64,000 nt of DNA from an uncultured SAR86 cluster bacterium (GCA_902632555.1 CACPCZ010000004.1:286-64285), one strand, 5' to 3'. Shown: positions 1-9,587, counted from the first letter of the stretch. Numbers and translations are program-made. Notes: a model not told the origin generated them from the letters alone.

Positions 1-53
1 ATGAAGATATCTATAGATGGGATTAAAAAGGTCATAGGCAGCTAAACTTATTC

Positions 54-413
54 ATGTTTGATGTTTATAAAGTTTTAACCGTTAATGAATGGAAAAATGC
101 CTTAAATTCAGGATATATAGAGACATTTCTGGACAAAGAAGACGGCTATGTTCATTTGTCCACCTCTAAGCAATTAGCATTAACTTTAAACCTATATTTT
201 GAAGAAGAAGATTCATTGATTTTGTTGCAAATAAATAAAGAAAAATTAGATACACCATTGGTTTATGAGGCTGCTGATGGAGATAGAGCAGGAGAATTTC
301 CACACCTTTATGATAAGTTGTCTACAGAAGTTGTTTCAAAAAAATGGGATATTACAAGGAGCGGATTTAGAATACCTGACGAGATACTGCATCAAATTGA
401 AAAAGGAACCTGA
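54..413 (+). CDS. DUF952 family protein
   Basis: 119-aa ORF. Size and the C-terminal GEFPHLY-type motif fit my memory of DUF952. The stop lies 2 nt before the next gene. Confidence 0.6.
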   Translation: MFDVYKVLTVNEWKNALNSGYIETFLDKEDGYVHLSTSKQLALTLNLYFEEEDSLILLQINKEKLDTPLVYEAADGDRAGEFPHLYDKLSTEVVSKKWDITRSGFRIPDEILHQIEKGT

Positions 414-415
414 TT

Positions 416-1924
416 GTGAACGAACTATATAAAGAATTTATTCATAGACTTGAAAAAAGTAACGATGAAAATCGAACTAAATCTACTGGAAAAAGACATA
501 TGAAAGGCTTTCGAACAGCAAGAGAAAATCTTAATGATTTAGTCGACGAAAATTCTTTCCTTGAATTTGGACAATTTGCTGTTGCAGCCCAAAGAAGCAG
601 GAGAGATTACGATGATTTGCAAGAAGAAACGAATGCCGATGGAATCATTACTGGATTTTGTTCAATAAATTCAGAAAGTATAGGAAAAGATAAATCGAAT
701 GCAGTAGCTATTATCTATGACTATTCTGTTCTTGCAGGAACACAAGGCTATTTCCATCATCAGAAGCTAGATCGCATAATAGAAAAAGCTAAGAAGTTTA
801 ATCTGCCCGTCGTTATTTATACTGAGGGTGGTGGTGGAAGACCGGGTGATGTCGATGTAACAACACAAGTTGCAGGTTTACATGTGCCATCTTTTGCAAA
901 TTGGGCATCTTTATCAGGCAATTCATTAAAAATTGCAGTGAACAATGGCTATTGTTTTGCCGGCAACGCGGCCTTGTTTGGAAGCAGCGATTTTAAAATT
1001 GCAACAAAGAATTCATGGATTGGAATGGCAGGACCTGCAATGATTGAGGGAGGAGGACTTGGAAAATTTTCTCCAGAAGAAATCGGCCCAATTGAAGAAC
1101 ATAAATTTAATGGTGTTGTAGACATAGTTGCTGAAGATGAGAAAGATGCAACATTTTACGCTAAAAAGATTTTGTCATATTTTCAAGGAAGTTTCGAAGA
1201 TTACAAGAATAATGAACAAGAGATCTTAAGAGAGATAATGCCTAAAGACAGGAGGTATAGTTACGAAGTAAGGGAAATTTTAGAGATTATTGCAGATAAG
1301 GAATCTTTCTTAGAAGTAAAAAAAGAATATGGAAAAGCAGTTATAACAGGCTTTATAAGAATTGAAGGACATCCAATAGCGATTGTTGCTAGTAATTGTA
1401 AACATATTGGTGGGGCAATAGACTCTGAGGCATCTGATAAAGTTTCAGATTTTTTTAATCTTTGTAGCGATAAAATGATTCCAATAGCATCTTTTGTAGA
1501 CACTCCAGGATTCATGGTTGGACCTGATAGCGAAAAGGAAGGAGCAGTCAGAAGAATGGCAAATCTTTTTAAGGCAGGCTCGATGATGAAAACACCATTA
1601 GCTGCAATTTTTCTTAGAAAGGGTTATGGCCTTGGCGCACAAGCACTTGTTGGAGGCAGTCTTCATCAGCCAGCATATACAGCAGCATGGCCAACTGGTG
1701 AATTTGGGGGAATGGGTTTAGAAGGAGCAGTGAAGCTTGGATTTAAAAAGGAACTTGATGCAATTAGCGACGAAGCTGAAAAGCAAAAACTGTATGAAAA
1801 ACTTGTCACAAAGATGTATGATGCAGGTAAAGCAGTTGAAGCAGCATCTTTTTTAGAAATTGACGCAGTTATAGATCCAGTTGATACAAGAAAAGTGCTT
1901 TTGAAAGCCCTTCATCAAGTATAA
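416..1924 (+). CDS. Acyl-CoA carboxylase carboxyltransferase (beta) subunit family protein
   Basis: 502 aa with a GTG start. It has two carboxyltransferase halves with motifs such as YTEGGGGRPGD, AGPAMIEGGGLG and VDTPGFMVGPDSE, typical of propionyl-/methylcrotonyl-CoA carboxylase beta subunits. Confidence 0.8.
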   Translation: MNELYKEFIHRLEKSNDENRTKSTGKRHMKGFRTARENLNDLVDENSFLEFGQFAVAAQRSRRDYDDLQEETNADGIITGFCSINSESIGKDKSNAVAIIYDYSVLAGTQGYFHHQKLDRIIEKAKKFNLPVVIYTEGGGGRPGDVDVTTQVAGLHVPSFANWASLSGNSLKIAVNNGYCFAGNAALFGSSDFKIATKNSWIGMAGPAMIEGGGLGKFSPEEIGPIEEHKFNGVVDIVAEDEKDATFYAKKILSYFQGSFEDYKNNEQEILREIMPKDRRYSYEVREILEIIADKESFLEVKKEYGKAVITGFIRIEGHPIAIVASNCKHIGGAIDSEASDKVSDFFNLCSDKMIPIASFVDTPGFMVGPDSEKEGAVRRMANLFKAGSMMKTPLAAIFLRKGYGLGAQALVGGSLHQPAYTAAWPTGEFGGMGLEGAVKLGFKKELDAISDEAEKQKLYEKLVTKMYDAGKAVEAASFLEIDAVIDPVDTRKVLLKALHQV

Positions 1925-1932
1925 AAATATAA

Positions 1933-2766
1933 ATGACTAACTTAACAGTAAATGAAATCTATGCAGTGGGAGCGCCCATAGTTCTTGCAATGATTTTGTT
2001 TGAAGTGCTATTTTCAAGTGCTACAAACAAAAATCTTTATAAAAAAGAAGATACGTTATGTACAGTTGGACTTTTAACTGGAAATATATTGATGGTATTT
2101 GCTCTTAAAGGAGCAACTTTGGCGCTTCATTTCTATTTATATCAATTTAAGCTCTTTAACTTATCTGAATCGATGCCAATATGGGCACTTTGGTTACTAA
2201 CATTCGTGATGATAGATTTTGTTTTTTATTTTTATCATAGGATATCTCATAGAGTTAACTTTTTGTGGGCTGTCCATATGAGTCATCACTCAAGTGAAGA
2301 AATGAATTTTGCTGTTTCTTTTAGGCAAGCTTGGTTTGGACCAGTATCAAAAATACCTTTTTTTATTACATTACCTTTAATAGGTTTTGACCCAACGGTA
2401 ATTGCTATTGCAGGAGTTATTAGCACCTTATGGGGAATTGTTGGACATACACAAATAGTTGGTAGATTGGGGCCTTTAGAATGGATTTTTAATACGCCCT
2501 CACATCATAGAGTGCATCACGGATCAAATAGCCAGTACATTGATAAAAATTATGGAAACTTACTGATAATTTGGGATAGGCTCTTTGGAACATTTGAGCC
2601 TGAGCAAGAGCCAGTCAAATATGGGCTAGTGAAAAATGTAAATACATTTAGCCCAACTAAAATAACATTTATGGGGTGGGCTGATATGATCAAAAATATC
2701 AAATCAGCCCAAAATTTTAACGAGGCTTTATATTTTTTCTTTGGGCCGCCTAAAACTAAAAATTAA
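1933..2766 (+). CDS. Fatty acid hydroxylase / sterol desaturase family membrane protein
   Basis: Multi-pass membrane ORF with three histidine boxes (HRISHR, HMSHH, HHRVHH) characteristic of di-iron membrane hydroxylases/desaturases. Confidence 0.8.
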   Translation: MTNLTVNEIYAVGAPIVLAMILFEVLFSSATNKNLYKKEDTLCTVGLLTGNILMVFALKGATLALHFYLYQFKLFNLSESMPIWALWLLTFVMIDFVFYFYHRISHRVNFLWAVHMSHHSSEEMNFAVSFRQAWFGPVSKIPFFITLPLIGFDPTVIAIAGVISTLWGIVGHTQIVGRLGPLEWIFNTPSHHRVHHGSNSQYIDKNYGNLLIIWDRLFGTFEPEQEPVKYGLVKNVNTFSPTKITFMGWADMIKNIKSAQNFNEALYFFFGPPKTKN

Positions 2767-2768
2767 TC

Positions 2769-3233
2769 ATGAAAAACTTACTTATATTTATTATTTTTAC
2801 TCCCGTAATTTTCTCAAATCAAAATAGTCACTGTAATGATGTCGAACTGTATTTTATAAATCCACCAGACGGACTAATAACAAACGCTAGAGAAATTAAG
2901 ATTGAATTTGGATCTAAAAATGTAAAAGTTAGTCCTGCGGGAGTAATGGTAGACAATACTGATCCTTGTTTAGTTAGTGGACATCATCACCTAATTATTA
3001 ATAACGCATACGATGTAACTGCTAATAGAGTTGATCCGATACCATATGGTGAAAATATTCTTCATTTTGGTGGTGGTCAAACCGAAGCAACTCTATCACT
3101 AAAGTCTGGAAAATATGACCTACAACTGGCCCTTGGAGATTATCAACATGTTCCAGTTAAGCCAGTTAATTCCGGAAGTAATTATCAACCACTTGTCTCA
3201 AAAAAAATAACAATTGAGATAACAAGTGAATAA
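2769..3233 (+). CDS. DUF4399-like exported protein
   Basis: 154 aa with an N-terminal signal-like segment. The SGHHHLIINN motif matches the GHHHL core I associate with DUF4399. Confidence 0.55.
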   Translation: MKNLLIFIIFTPVIFSNQNSHCNDVELYFINPPDGLITNAREIKIEFGSKNVKVSPAGVMVDNTDPCLVSGHHHLIINNAYDVTANRVDPIPYGENILHFGGGQTEATLSLKSGKYDLQLALGDYQHVPVKPVNSGSNYQPLVSKKITIEITSE

Positions 3234-3449
3234 ATATTTTTGATTTAAACCCCTTTTCTAATACAATAAATATACGAAAAATTACGAAAGGGGAAGCGTA
3301 TCTTTTCATTAACCAGAAATATTTTATCTTTTTCTAGATTATCCATTGCGATAGCACTAATATTTTTTTCAAAAAATGTTCTAGCTGAGAATATTTTTAT
3401 TGGTCCTGGGCCCGATGCTCAAGAGAGATTACAAGAAGCTCTGATATTA

Positions 3450-4550
3450 ATGAATGAAGGCGATACATTAGTTATTGAGTCTGGATATTATGAATTTGAA
3501 GATGGACTATCCCTTGATGTAAGCAATGTAACTATCAAGGGCGAAGGCATGGAAAAAACTATCCTTGATTTTAAAAATCAACAATCTGGTGCTCAAGGCT
3601 TTTTAGTCACTTCAGACAAGGTAACGCTGAGAGATTTTGCAATATTAGATGCAAAAGGAGATGCTCTTAAAGTTATAGGTTCTAATGGTATTAATATGAT
3701 TAATCTCAGAACAGAATGGACTGGTGGTCCGAAAAGCACGAACGGTGCTTATGGTTTTTATCCAGTTGAATCTGAAGATGTTCTTATAGATGGCTGTGTT
3801 GCAATTGGAGCGTCCGATGCTGGTATATATGTTGGTCAGTCAAAAAATATAATTGTTAGAAATAGCATCGCTCAATACAACGTTGCTGGAATTGAAATTG
3901 AAAATTCATACTATGCCGATGTTTATAATAATTTGGCATCTCATAATACAGCTGGAATATTAGTCTTTGATTTGCCAGACCTTCCTCAACAAGGAGGTCA
4001 TCATATAAGAGTCTTTGATAATGAGTCAATTGATAACGATACAGATAATTTTGCACCTGAGGGAAACATTGTTGGAGAGGTGCCAAGAGGGACCGGCATC
4101 ATAGTTATGGCAAATTCAGATGTTGAAATTTTCGATAACCTTATGAGTGGAAATGGAACAGTAAATTTGTCAATTGTTTCATACTCAGATGAGACAGACG
4201 ATCCAAACTATTACCCTCATCCTAAAAGAATTCAAGTGCACAGCAATACTTATGGACCGAGTGGTTTTGATCCAGATCTTGAAACAGGAGATTTGGCAAA
4301 AGCCCTTTATGAAATAAGTAATGGGAATATGCCAGACATATTTTGGGATGGCGTAGTTCCTATCTCACAAATGGTTTTTGGTCAGCCAGAAGATGAAAAG
4401 TTAATTATGGAAGAAGAAAATAAAGTTAGTTTTCTTACGATAAGCCCAATTAAATATATGTTGGGCTTCACAAATCCTATACGAACAGATAAAAAAGAAT
4501 TTAAAGGGGTCATTAATCCACTGGAACCGATTGTTATAGACGGTATATAG
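3450..4550 (+). CDS. Parallel beta-helix repeat protein (NosD/CASH-like). The true start is probably upstream, near 3300.
   Basis: Repeated beta-helix turns (GIYVGQSKNIIVRNS, NVAGIEIENSYYADVYNN, NTAGILVFD). The in-frame upstream region 3270-3449 is open and encodes a signal peptide but holds no ATG, GTG or TTG. Confidence 0.75.
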   Translation: MNEGDTLVIESGYYEFEDGLSLDVSNVTIKGEGMEKTILDFKNQQSGAQGFLVTSDKVTLRDFAILDAKGDALKVIGSNGINMINLRTEWTGGPKSTNGAYGFYPVESEDVLIDGCVAIGASDAGIYVGQSKNIIVRNSIAQYNVAGIEIENSYYADVYNNLASHNTAGILVFDLPDLPQQGGHHIRVFDNESIDNDTDNFAPEGNIVGEVPRGTGIIVMANSDVEIFDNLMSGNGTVNLSIVSYSDETDDPNYYPHPKRIQVHSNTYGPSGFDPDLETGDLAKALYEISNGNMPDIFWDGVVPISQMVFGQPEDEKLIMEEENKVSFLTISPIKYMLGFTNPIRTDKKEFKGVINPLEPIVIDGI

Positions 4551-4555
4551 GGATA

Positions 4556-5593
4556 ATGAAAAATACAGTTCAGATTTTGATAGTTCTTATGCTATGCATG
4601 AGATCTTTTGCCGTAAACGACAGCCTAATAACGGCAGAAACATTCCCTAAAAAATTATCTGATTTTGCATTTTTTTATGATAATTCTGCTCAAGTGCCTC
4701 ATGAAGATGTAATTCCATATGAATTAATATCTACACTTTTTTCAGACTATTCATACAAACAAAGATGGGTTTACGTTCCAAATAATAAAAAAGCTCAATA
4801 TAAAGAGAGCTGGGTTTTTGATTTCCCAATTGGATCTGCGCTTATAAAAACATTTTATTATCCCGTTGATGAAAGAAATCCTGAGTTAGGCAAAAATTTA
4901 TTAGAAACTAGACTTTTACTAAGAAAAGAATCTGGATGGGAAGCAGTTTCATATGCTTGGAATGATGAACAAACGGAAGCATTTAAAAAAGTAGCAGGCA
5001 AAACAATAAATGTCTCGTGGATAGACTTTATGGGGGACAAAAAAGAAGTTCGTTACAGAGTCCCAAATGTCAATCAATGTAAGGAATGTCATGCAGCTAA
5101 TGACAAAATAACTCCGATAGGACCCAAAGCTAGAAATATTAATAAGGAGCTCTCATATAAAGATGGAGAATTCAACCAATTAGCGTATTGGATGGATAGA
5201 CAAATAATCGATAATTATCCATTAGATTTGATATCACCTGTTGATTGGACAGACGAAAATCAAAATATGAATGATAGAGTAAGATCTTATCTCGATGTAA
5301 ATTGTGGACATTGTCACTCACCAACAGGAAATGCAAACTCCACAGGTCTCTACCTTCATTTAAATGAAACAAGAGAAACCCATTTAGGAGTTTATAAAAA
5401 GCCAGTAGCCACCGGACGTGGCAGCGGTGGATTAAAATACTCTATAGTTCCAGGCAAGCCAGATGAGTCTATTTTATTGCATAGAATGATATCAATGGAT
5501 CCTGGTGTAATGATGCCAGAATCTGGAAGAGCCCTAACTCATGAAGAAGCAGTCGAAATGGTTAGGGAATGGATATTATTAATGGAAAACTAA
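4556..5593 (+). CDS. Diheme c-type cytochrome (HNE_0200/SO2930-like family, from memory)
   Basis: Signal peptide plus two CXXCH heme motifs (CKECH and CGHCH). It sits in the known pairing directly downstream of a parallel beta-helix protein. Confidence 0.75.
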   Translation: MKNTVQILIVLMLCMRSFAVNDSLITAETFPKKLSDFAFFYDNSAQVPHEDVIPYELISTLFSDYSYKQRWVYVPNNKKAQYKESWVFDFPIGSALIKTFYYPVDERNPELGKNLLETRLLLRKESGWEAVSYAWNDEQTEAFKKVAGKTINVSWIDFMGDKKEVRYRVPNVNQCKECHAANDKITPIGPKARNINKELSYKDGEFNQLAYWMDRQIIDNYPLDLISPVDWTDENQNMNDRVRSYLDVNCGHCHSPTGNANSTGLYLHLNETRETHLGVYKKPVATGRGSGGLKYSIVPGKPDESILLHRMISMDPGVMMPESGRALTHEEAVEMVREWILLMEN

Positions 5594-5612
5594 TTTATAT
5601 CTGATTTAGAGA

Positions 5613-6164
5613 ATGAATTTGAGATATCTTTTATTTTTATTTTTTATTGTTTCTTGCGAGCCTCAAGAATCAAAGAATTCTTATCAAGCACCACCTTCTA
5701 TTGAGAAAATTGAAACAAAAAATCTGCTGGATAACTTAAACCAAGATGGACTAAATAAGATCCGTTATGTTCTTACAAATCACTTTAATTTAAAACATAT
5801 TGATTTGAATAAAGGATTTAGTTTTTTTATAGATATATCTGAAATTGGTAACTACATAGATTGTGGATTTATGAATGAAGAGATATACGTAGATTATATT
5901 GAGAGAATTTTTGGCTCCTCTTTAAAAGCGACAGTAAGATTAGATTTAGTTGAAGATGATAATCTTTTCAACATTGAGGATATGTCAATAAATTATTTAT
6001 TCCAATCTAAGGAAACTGGAACAAGATGGAAATTTAAAACAAACAAACCTAAAGAACTACTTGTAGGAAACCCAGTATATGATGATAATCCATACAGAAT
6101 TTGTATGTCTGTTAATGCTTTAGAAAAAGAAATAATTGAATTGATAAGAATGGAAAATGTATAA
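5613..6164 (+). CDS. Hypothetical lipoprotein
   Basis: The N-terminus LFLFFIVSC fits a lipobox. No family recognised. Confidence 0.5.
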   Translation: MNLRYLLFLFFIVSCEPQESKNSYQAPPSIEKIETKNLLDNLNQDGLNKIRYVLTNHFNLKHIDLNKGFSFFIDISEIGNYIDCGFMNEEIYVDYIERIFGSSLKATVRLDLVEDDNLFNIEDMSINYLFQSKETGTRWKFKTNKPKELLVGNPVYDDNPYRICMSVNALEKEIIELIRMENV

Positions 6165-6645
6165 AAATTTTAATATAGCTGCAATCTTCTTTATTTTATT
6201 CTTTGTTGAATGTTCAATCGCTCACGAAGAAGATGAAATTTTAGGTTACTGGCTAACATCACAATCCATTGTTCTTGTTAGTAAATGCGATAGTCAATTA
6301 TGCGCAACTATCGAACATATTTTTGTTGATGAAGGAACTGATCCAAAATCTATCTTAGATGAAAATAATAGAGATAAATCACTTAGAGAAAGACCAATAA
6401 TAGGAATAAATTTGATAGAAGGATTTGAATATAAGAAAGGTCTTAAAGAATATAACGGCGGTAAAATTTATGATCCCGGAAGAGGTAGAACATTTAAATC
6501 CAACTTATACCTTTTAGATAATCATAATTTAAAAGTTGAAGGGTGCTTAATGAGATTATGTGGGGATGAGGAATGGCAAGCTCTAAAAGTGACATTTGAC
6601 GAAGATGGTTCAAAGTCGGCAGTTTTAAAATATGAAAAAAATTAA
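6157..6645 (+). CDS. DUF2147-like exported protein
   Basis: Signal peptide. GYWLT and GGKIYDPGRGRTFKSNLYL...LKVEGC resemble DUF2147 signatures. Overlaps the upstream gene by 8 nt. Confidence 0.6.
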   Translation: MYKNFNIAAIFFILFFVECSIAHEEDEILGYWLTSQSIVLVSKCDSQLCATIEHIFVDEGTDPKSILDENNRDKSLRERPIIGINLIEGFEYKKGLKEYNGGKIYDPGRGRTFKSNLYLLDNHNLKVEGCLMRLCGDEEWQALKVTFDEDGSKSAVLKYEKN

Positions 6646-6991
6646 CTTAAAAAAGAAGTTCAACAAATTTACGGATCAATGGTCGCCTAAGGTTATTGCC
6701 GAAATGAACAACTATCAATTTAAATTAGTAAAGATAAAAGATGATTTTATCTGGCATATGCATGACGATACCGATGAAGTTTTTATAGTTATCGAAGGAG
6801 AAATTTTTATTGAATTTGAAGATGAAACAATAAATTTAATTAGTGGAGAAATGATTGTTGTACCAAAAGGAATTAAGCATAGACCATATGCTAACGAAGA
6901 GGCAAAAATTATGCTTGTTGAACCCATCGGTGTTGTAAATACTGGTGATCAAAAAGATTGTCTAACCGCACCAAACAATCAATGGATATGA
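6632..6991 (+). CDS. Cupin domain protein
   Basis: 119 aa. The WHMHDDTDEVFIVIEGE and GEMIVVPKGIKHRP motifs fit the two cupin motifs. Confidence 0.7.
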   Translation: MKKINLKKKFNKFTDQWSPKVIAEMNNYQFKLVKIKDDFIWHMHDDTDEVFIVIEGEIFIEFEDETINLISGEMIVVPKGIKHRPYANEEAKIMLVEPIGVVNTGDQKDCLTAPNNQWI

Positions 6992-7003
6992 TAACTTATT
7001 AAT

Positions 7004-8215
7004 ATGAGTAAAATACTTATAGCTATACTTCTTTTGTTATTTATAGGACTTTTAGTTTTTAGTCCAAACATTATCAGGTTATATAAGCTAGCCAATCTTT
7101 ATAACGAAAAAACCATTGCAAAAAACTTTATAAATATGGGTTCAATTTTTCTTGAATCTCCGGCAATTAAATCATCTGATGAGCCGTACAAATTCATAAA
7201 TGAACCATTTGAATTACCAGATAGTTATTTCTTTGAGGGAGAGAAACTGAGCCTCCAAGAGGGTATTGCTCACTTTCATACAGATGGTTTATTGATTCTT
7301 CATGATGGCAAAGTTTTGTTTGAACAATACTGGAATGGTAATACTAAAGATAGTAAACATATTTCTTTTTCAGTAGCTAAATCATATTTATCTGCCCTTG
7401 TTGGAATTGCTTTTGATGAAAATCTTATCAACAGTATGGATGATACAGTTGAAAAGTATTTACCAGAATTCAAGGGAACCGGTTATGAAGGCGTTACTAT
7501 TAAAAATTTATTACAAATGTCATCCGGTATTGCCTTTAATGAAGATTATGCTGATCCAAACTCAGATATAAATAAATTTGGTAGAGCAACAGCAAAAGGA
7601 ATGTCTTTTAAAGAATTTGCTATGGGTCTTAAAAATGGAAGAGAACAAGGAACATACAATCACTATGTAAGTTTAGACTCACAAGTTCTTGCACTCATTG
7701 TGGAGTCAGTTACAAATATGCCGCTTAGAGATTATTTGTATAAAAAAATATGGAGCAAGATAGGAACTGAAAGCGATGCTTACTATATTACAGATAATTC
7801 CGGTGCTGATATGGCATTGGGCGGTTTGAATGCTACATTGAGAGATTATGCTAAGTTTGGATATCTATATCTTAATAATGGAAGCTGGATGGGAGAGCAA
7901 ATAGTTCCGAGACAATGGGTTATCGATTCACATACACCAGATGCTCCTCATTTAATGCCAGATGCTGGAGATAATGAACTATCTTCTAACGAGTGGGGTT
8001 ATGGTTATCAATGGTGGGTTCCAGGAAACCCACTTACAGACTACACTGCTCACGGTATTTTTAATCAATTTATATATGTCGACCCTGAAACAAATGTAGT
8101 TATTGCAAAAACTTCATCAAATCATCGATTTAGATCTGAGAGAGAGTATTCAAAAGCAGCTCATGTGGCTATGTTTAGATCAATCACCTCACATATTCAA
8201 AAAACTAAAAATTAA
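7004..8215 (+). CDS. Serine hydrolase (beta-lactamase / class C esterase family)
   Basis: 403 aa with an N-terminal TM or signal segment. Has an SxxK motif (SVAK in FSVAKSYLSALVG) and the overall layout of the beta-lactamase fold. Confidence 0.75.
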   Translation: MSKILIAILLLLFIGLLVFSPNIIRLYKLANLYNEKTIAKNFINMGSIFLESPAIKSSDEPYKFINEPFELPDSYFFEGEKLSLQEGIAHFHTDGLLILHDGKVLFEQYWNGNTKDSKHISFSVAKSYLSALVGIAFDENLINSMDDTVEKYLPEFKGTGYEGVTIKNLLQMSSGIAFNEDYADPNSDINKFGRATAKGMSFKEFAMGLKNGREQGTYNHYVSLDSQVLALIVESVTNMPLRDYLYKKIWSKIGTESDAYYITDNSGADMALGGLNATLRDYAKFGYLYLNNGSWMGEQIVPRQWVIDSHTPDAPHLMPDAGDNELSSNEWGYGYQWWVPGNPLTDYTAHGIFNQFIYVDPETNVVIAKTSSNHRFRSEREYSKAAHVAMFRSITSHIQKTKN

Positions 8216-8285
8216 TGGATTTGTATTACTTATGATTCTTTCATAGAATTAAATTTGAAATATATTCATATTTGGGGAGAAAAAA

Positions 8286-8897
8286 ATGAATAAAAAAATT
8301 TACAGCTTATTTGCACTAATTTTTGTAGTGAATATTTATGCAGGTCATCATGAAGGTGGTCACATGCATGGTAATTCAGAAGAATGGGAAATTGAGACTT
8401 ATACATCTTCAGCACCAGACTTTATTGGAGATTTTGCAACTGTAATCAGTGCAAGCGGAAAGGTCTTAAGAGAGGGCACAAATGGATGGACATGCCTACC
8501 TTTTATTCCAATGCCAAAAATGGGATTTAAATCTGCGAATGAAGCAGCTCCAGCATGCGCTGATGCAAATGCTGTTGCTTGGGCAGATGCGTATATTAAT
8601 CAGACAACACCAAAAATTGAAAATGATGGATGGATTTGGATGATTCATGGAGATACAGGTGTGGATAATTTTAGGCCTTATTCAGAAGGAGATAAGGAAA
8701 ACACCGATCCAGAAGATTGGATTTATTCAGGTTCGCATTTGATGCTGATGCCGAAAGACCCTTCTTCTATGGATGGTATATCTACAGATTTCACTACCGG
8801 CGCTCCTTATGTAATGATGAAAGGAACTCCTTTTGTGCACTTAATGATTCCTCTTGAGGGTTATTATGATTATCAACCTGAGTCTGCACCAAAATAA
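8286..8897 (+). CDS. Hypothetical secreted protein with His-rich N-terminus
   Basis: Signal peptide followed by GHHEGGHMHG. GGGGAG Shine-Dalgarno upstream. No family recognised. Confidence 0.5.
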   Translation: MNKKIYSLFALIFVVNIYAGHHEGGHMHGNSEEWEIETYTSSAPDFIGDFATVISASGKVLREGTNGWTCLPFIPMPKMGFKSANEAAPACADANAVAWADAYINQTTPKIENDGWIWMIHGDTGVDNFRPYSEGDKENTDPEDWIYSGSHLMLMPKDPSSMDGISTDFTTGAPYVMMKGTPFVHLMIPLEGYYDYQPESAPK

Positions 8898-8910
8898 ATT
8901 TGTTTAAGAA

Positions 8911-9222
8911 ATGGAAGAAGTCAAAGTTTATATGATCGCTAATTTGCAGATTCATGATGCAGAAAGATATAGAGAGTATGAAAAAGGCTTCTTTCCATTA
9001 TTAAAAAAATATAATGGTGAATTTATAACCTATGACGACAATATTACTCACGTTGAAGGTGATACACCAATGAAAGGAAGAGTTATTTTATTCAGCTTTC
9101 CGTCTGAGAAACATGCTATTGACTGGTATTCAGATCCTGAATATCAAGAGCTCTCAGAACACAGAAGGGTAAGCGTTACAACAACCTTAACAAGAATAAA
9201 CGGATTGCCACCAAGGAAATAA
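8911..9222 (+). CDS. DUF1330 family protein
   Basis: 103 aa. The dimeric alpha-beta-barrel-like pattern (YMIANLQIHD...YREYEKG...DWYSDPEYQEL) fits DUF1330. Confidence 0.65.
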   Translation: MEEVKVYMIANLQIHDAERYREYEKGFFPLLKKYNGEFITYDDNITHVEGDTPMKGRVILFSFPSEKHAIDWYSDPEYQELSEHRRVSVTTTLTRINGLPPRK

Positions 9223-9226
9223 TATT

Positions 9227-9532
9227 ATGGAAAGATATAAGACATTTAAAGAATTTTATCCTTATTATCTATCTGAACATGACAACAAAAGAACCAAGTT
9301 AATGCATTTTATTGGAACCAGCATTGGGCTATTTTTTATAATTAGGTTTTTTTTAACATTCAATTTCTTATATTTGTTGTTCGCTTTGCTTTCAGGCTAT
9401 GCATTTGCATGGGTAGGACATTTCTTTATTGAGAAAAATAAGCCAGCAACATTTAAGTATCCTTTTTATAGCTTCATTGGAGATCACAAAATGTATATTG
9501 AGATTCTCCAAGGCAAACATAAAATTTTCTAA
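9227..9532 (+). CDS. DUF962 (Mpo1-like) membrane protein
   Basis: 101 aa. FKEFYPYYLSEH...N...H..G plus WVGHFFIEKNKPATF match DUF962 signatures. Confidence 0.7.
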   Translation: MERYKTFKEFYPYYLSEHDNKRTKLMHFIGTSIGLFFIIRFFLTFNFLYLLFALLSGYAFAWVGHFFIEKNKPATFKYPFYSFIGDHKMYIEILQGKHKIF

Positions 9533-9561
9533 ATTTATATATAGTATCTATAGTAAAATAA

Positions 9562-9587
9562 CCCAAGTTTAGCTTGGGAGAGTTTTT
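9562..9587 (+). terminator. Candidate intrinsic terminator after the DUF962 gene. It overlaps the RBS of the next gene.
   Basis: Stem CCCAAG (9562-9567), loop TTTAG, stem CTTGGG (9573-9578), followed by AGAGTTTTT. Confidence 0.45.

Noticed and set aside
1-45. A 14-codon open frame ending in TAA at the window start (…KISIDGIKKVIGS), possibly the 3' end of an upstream gene.
   Set aside because: It is too short to assign or even to confirm as coding.
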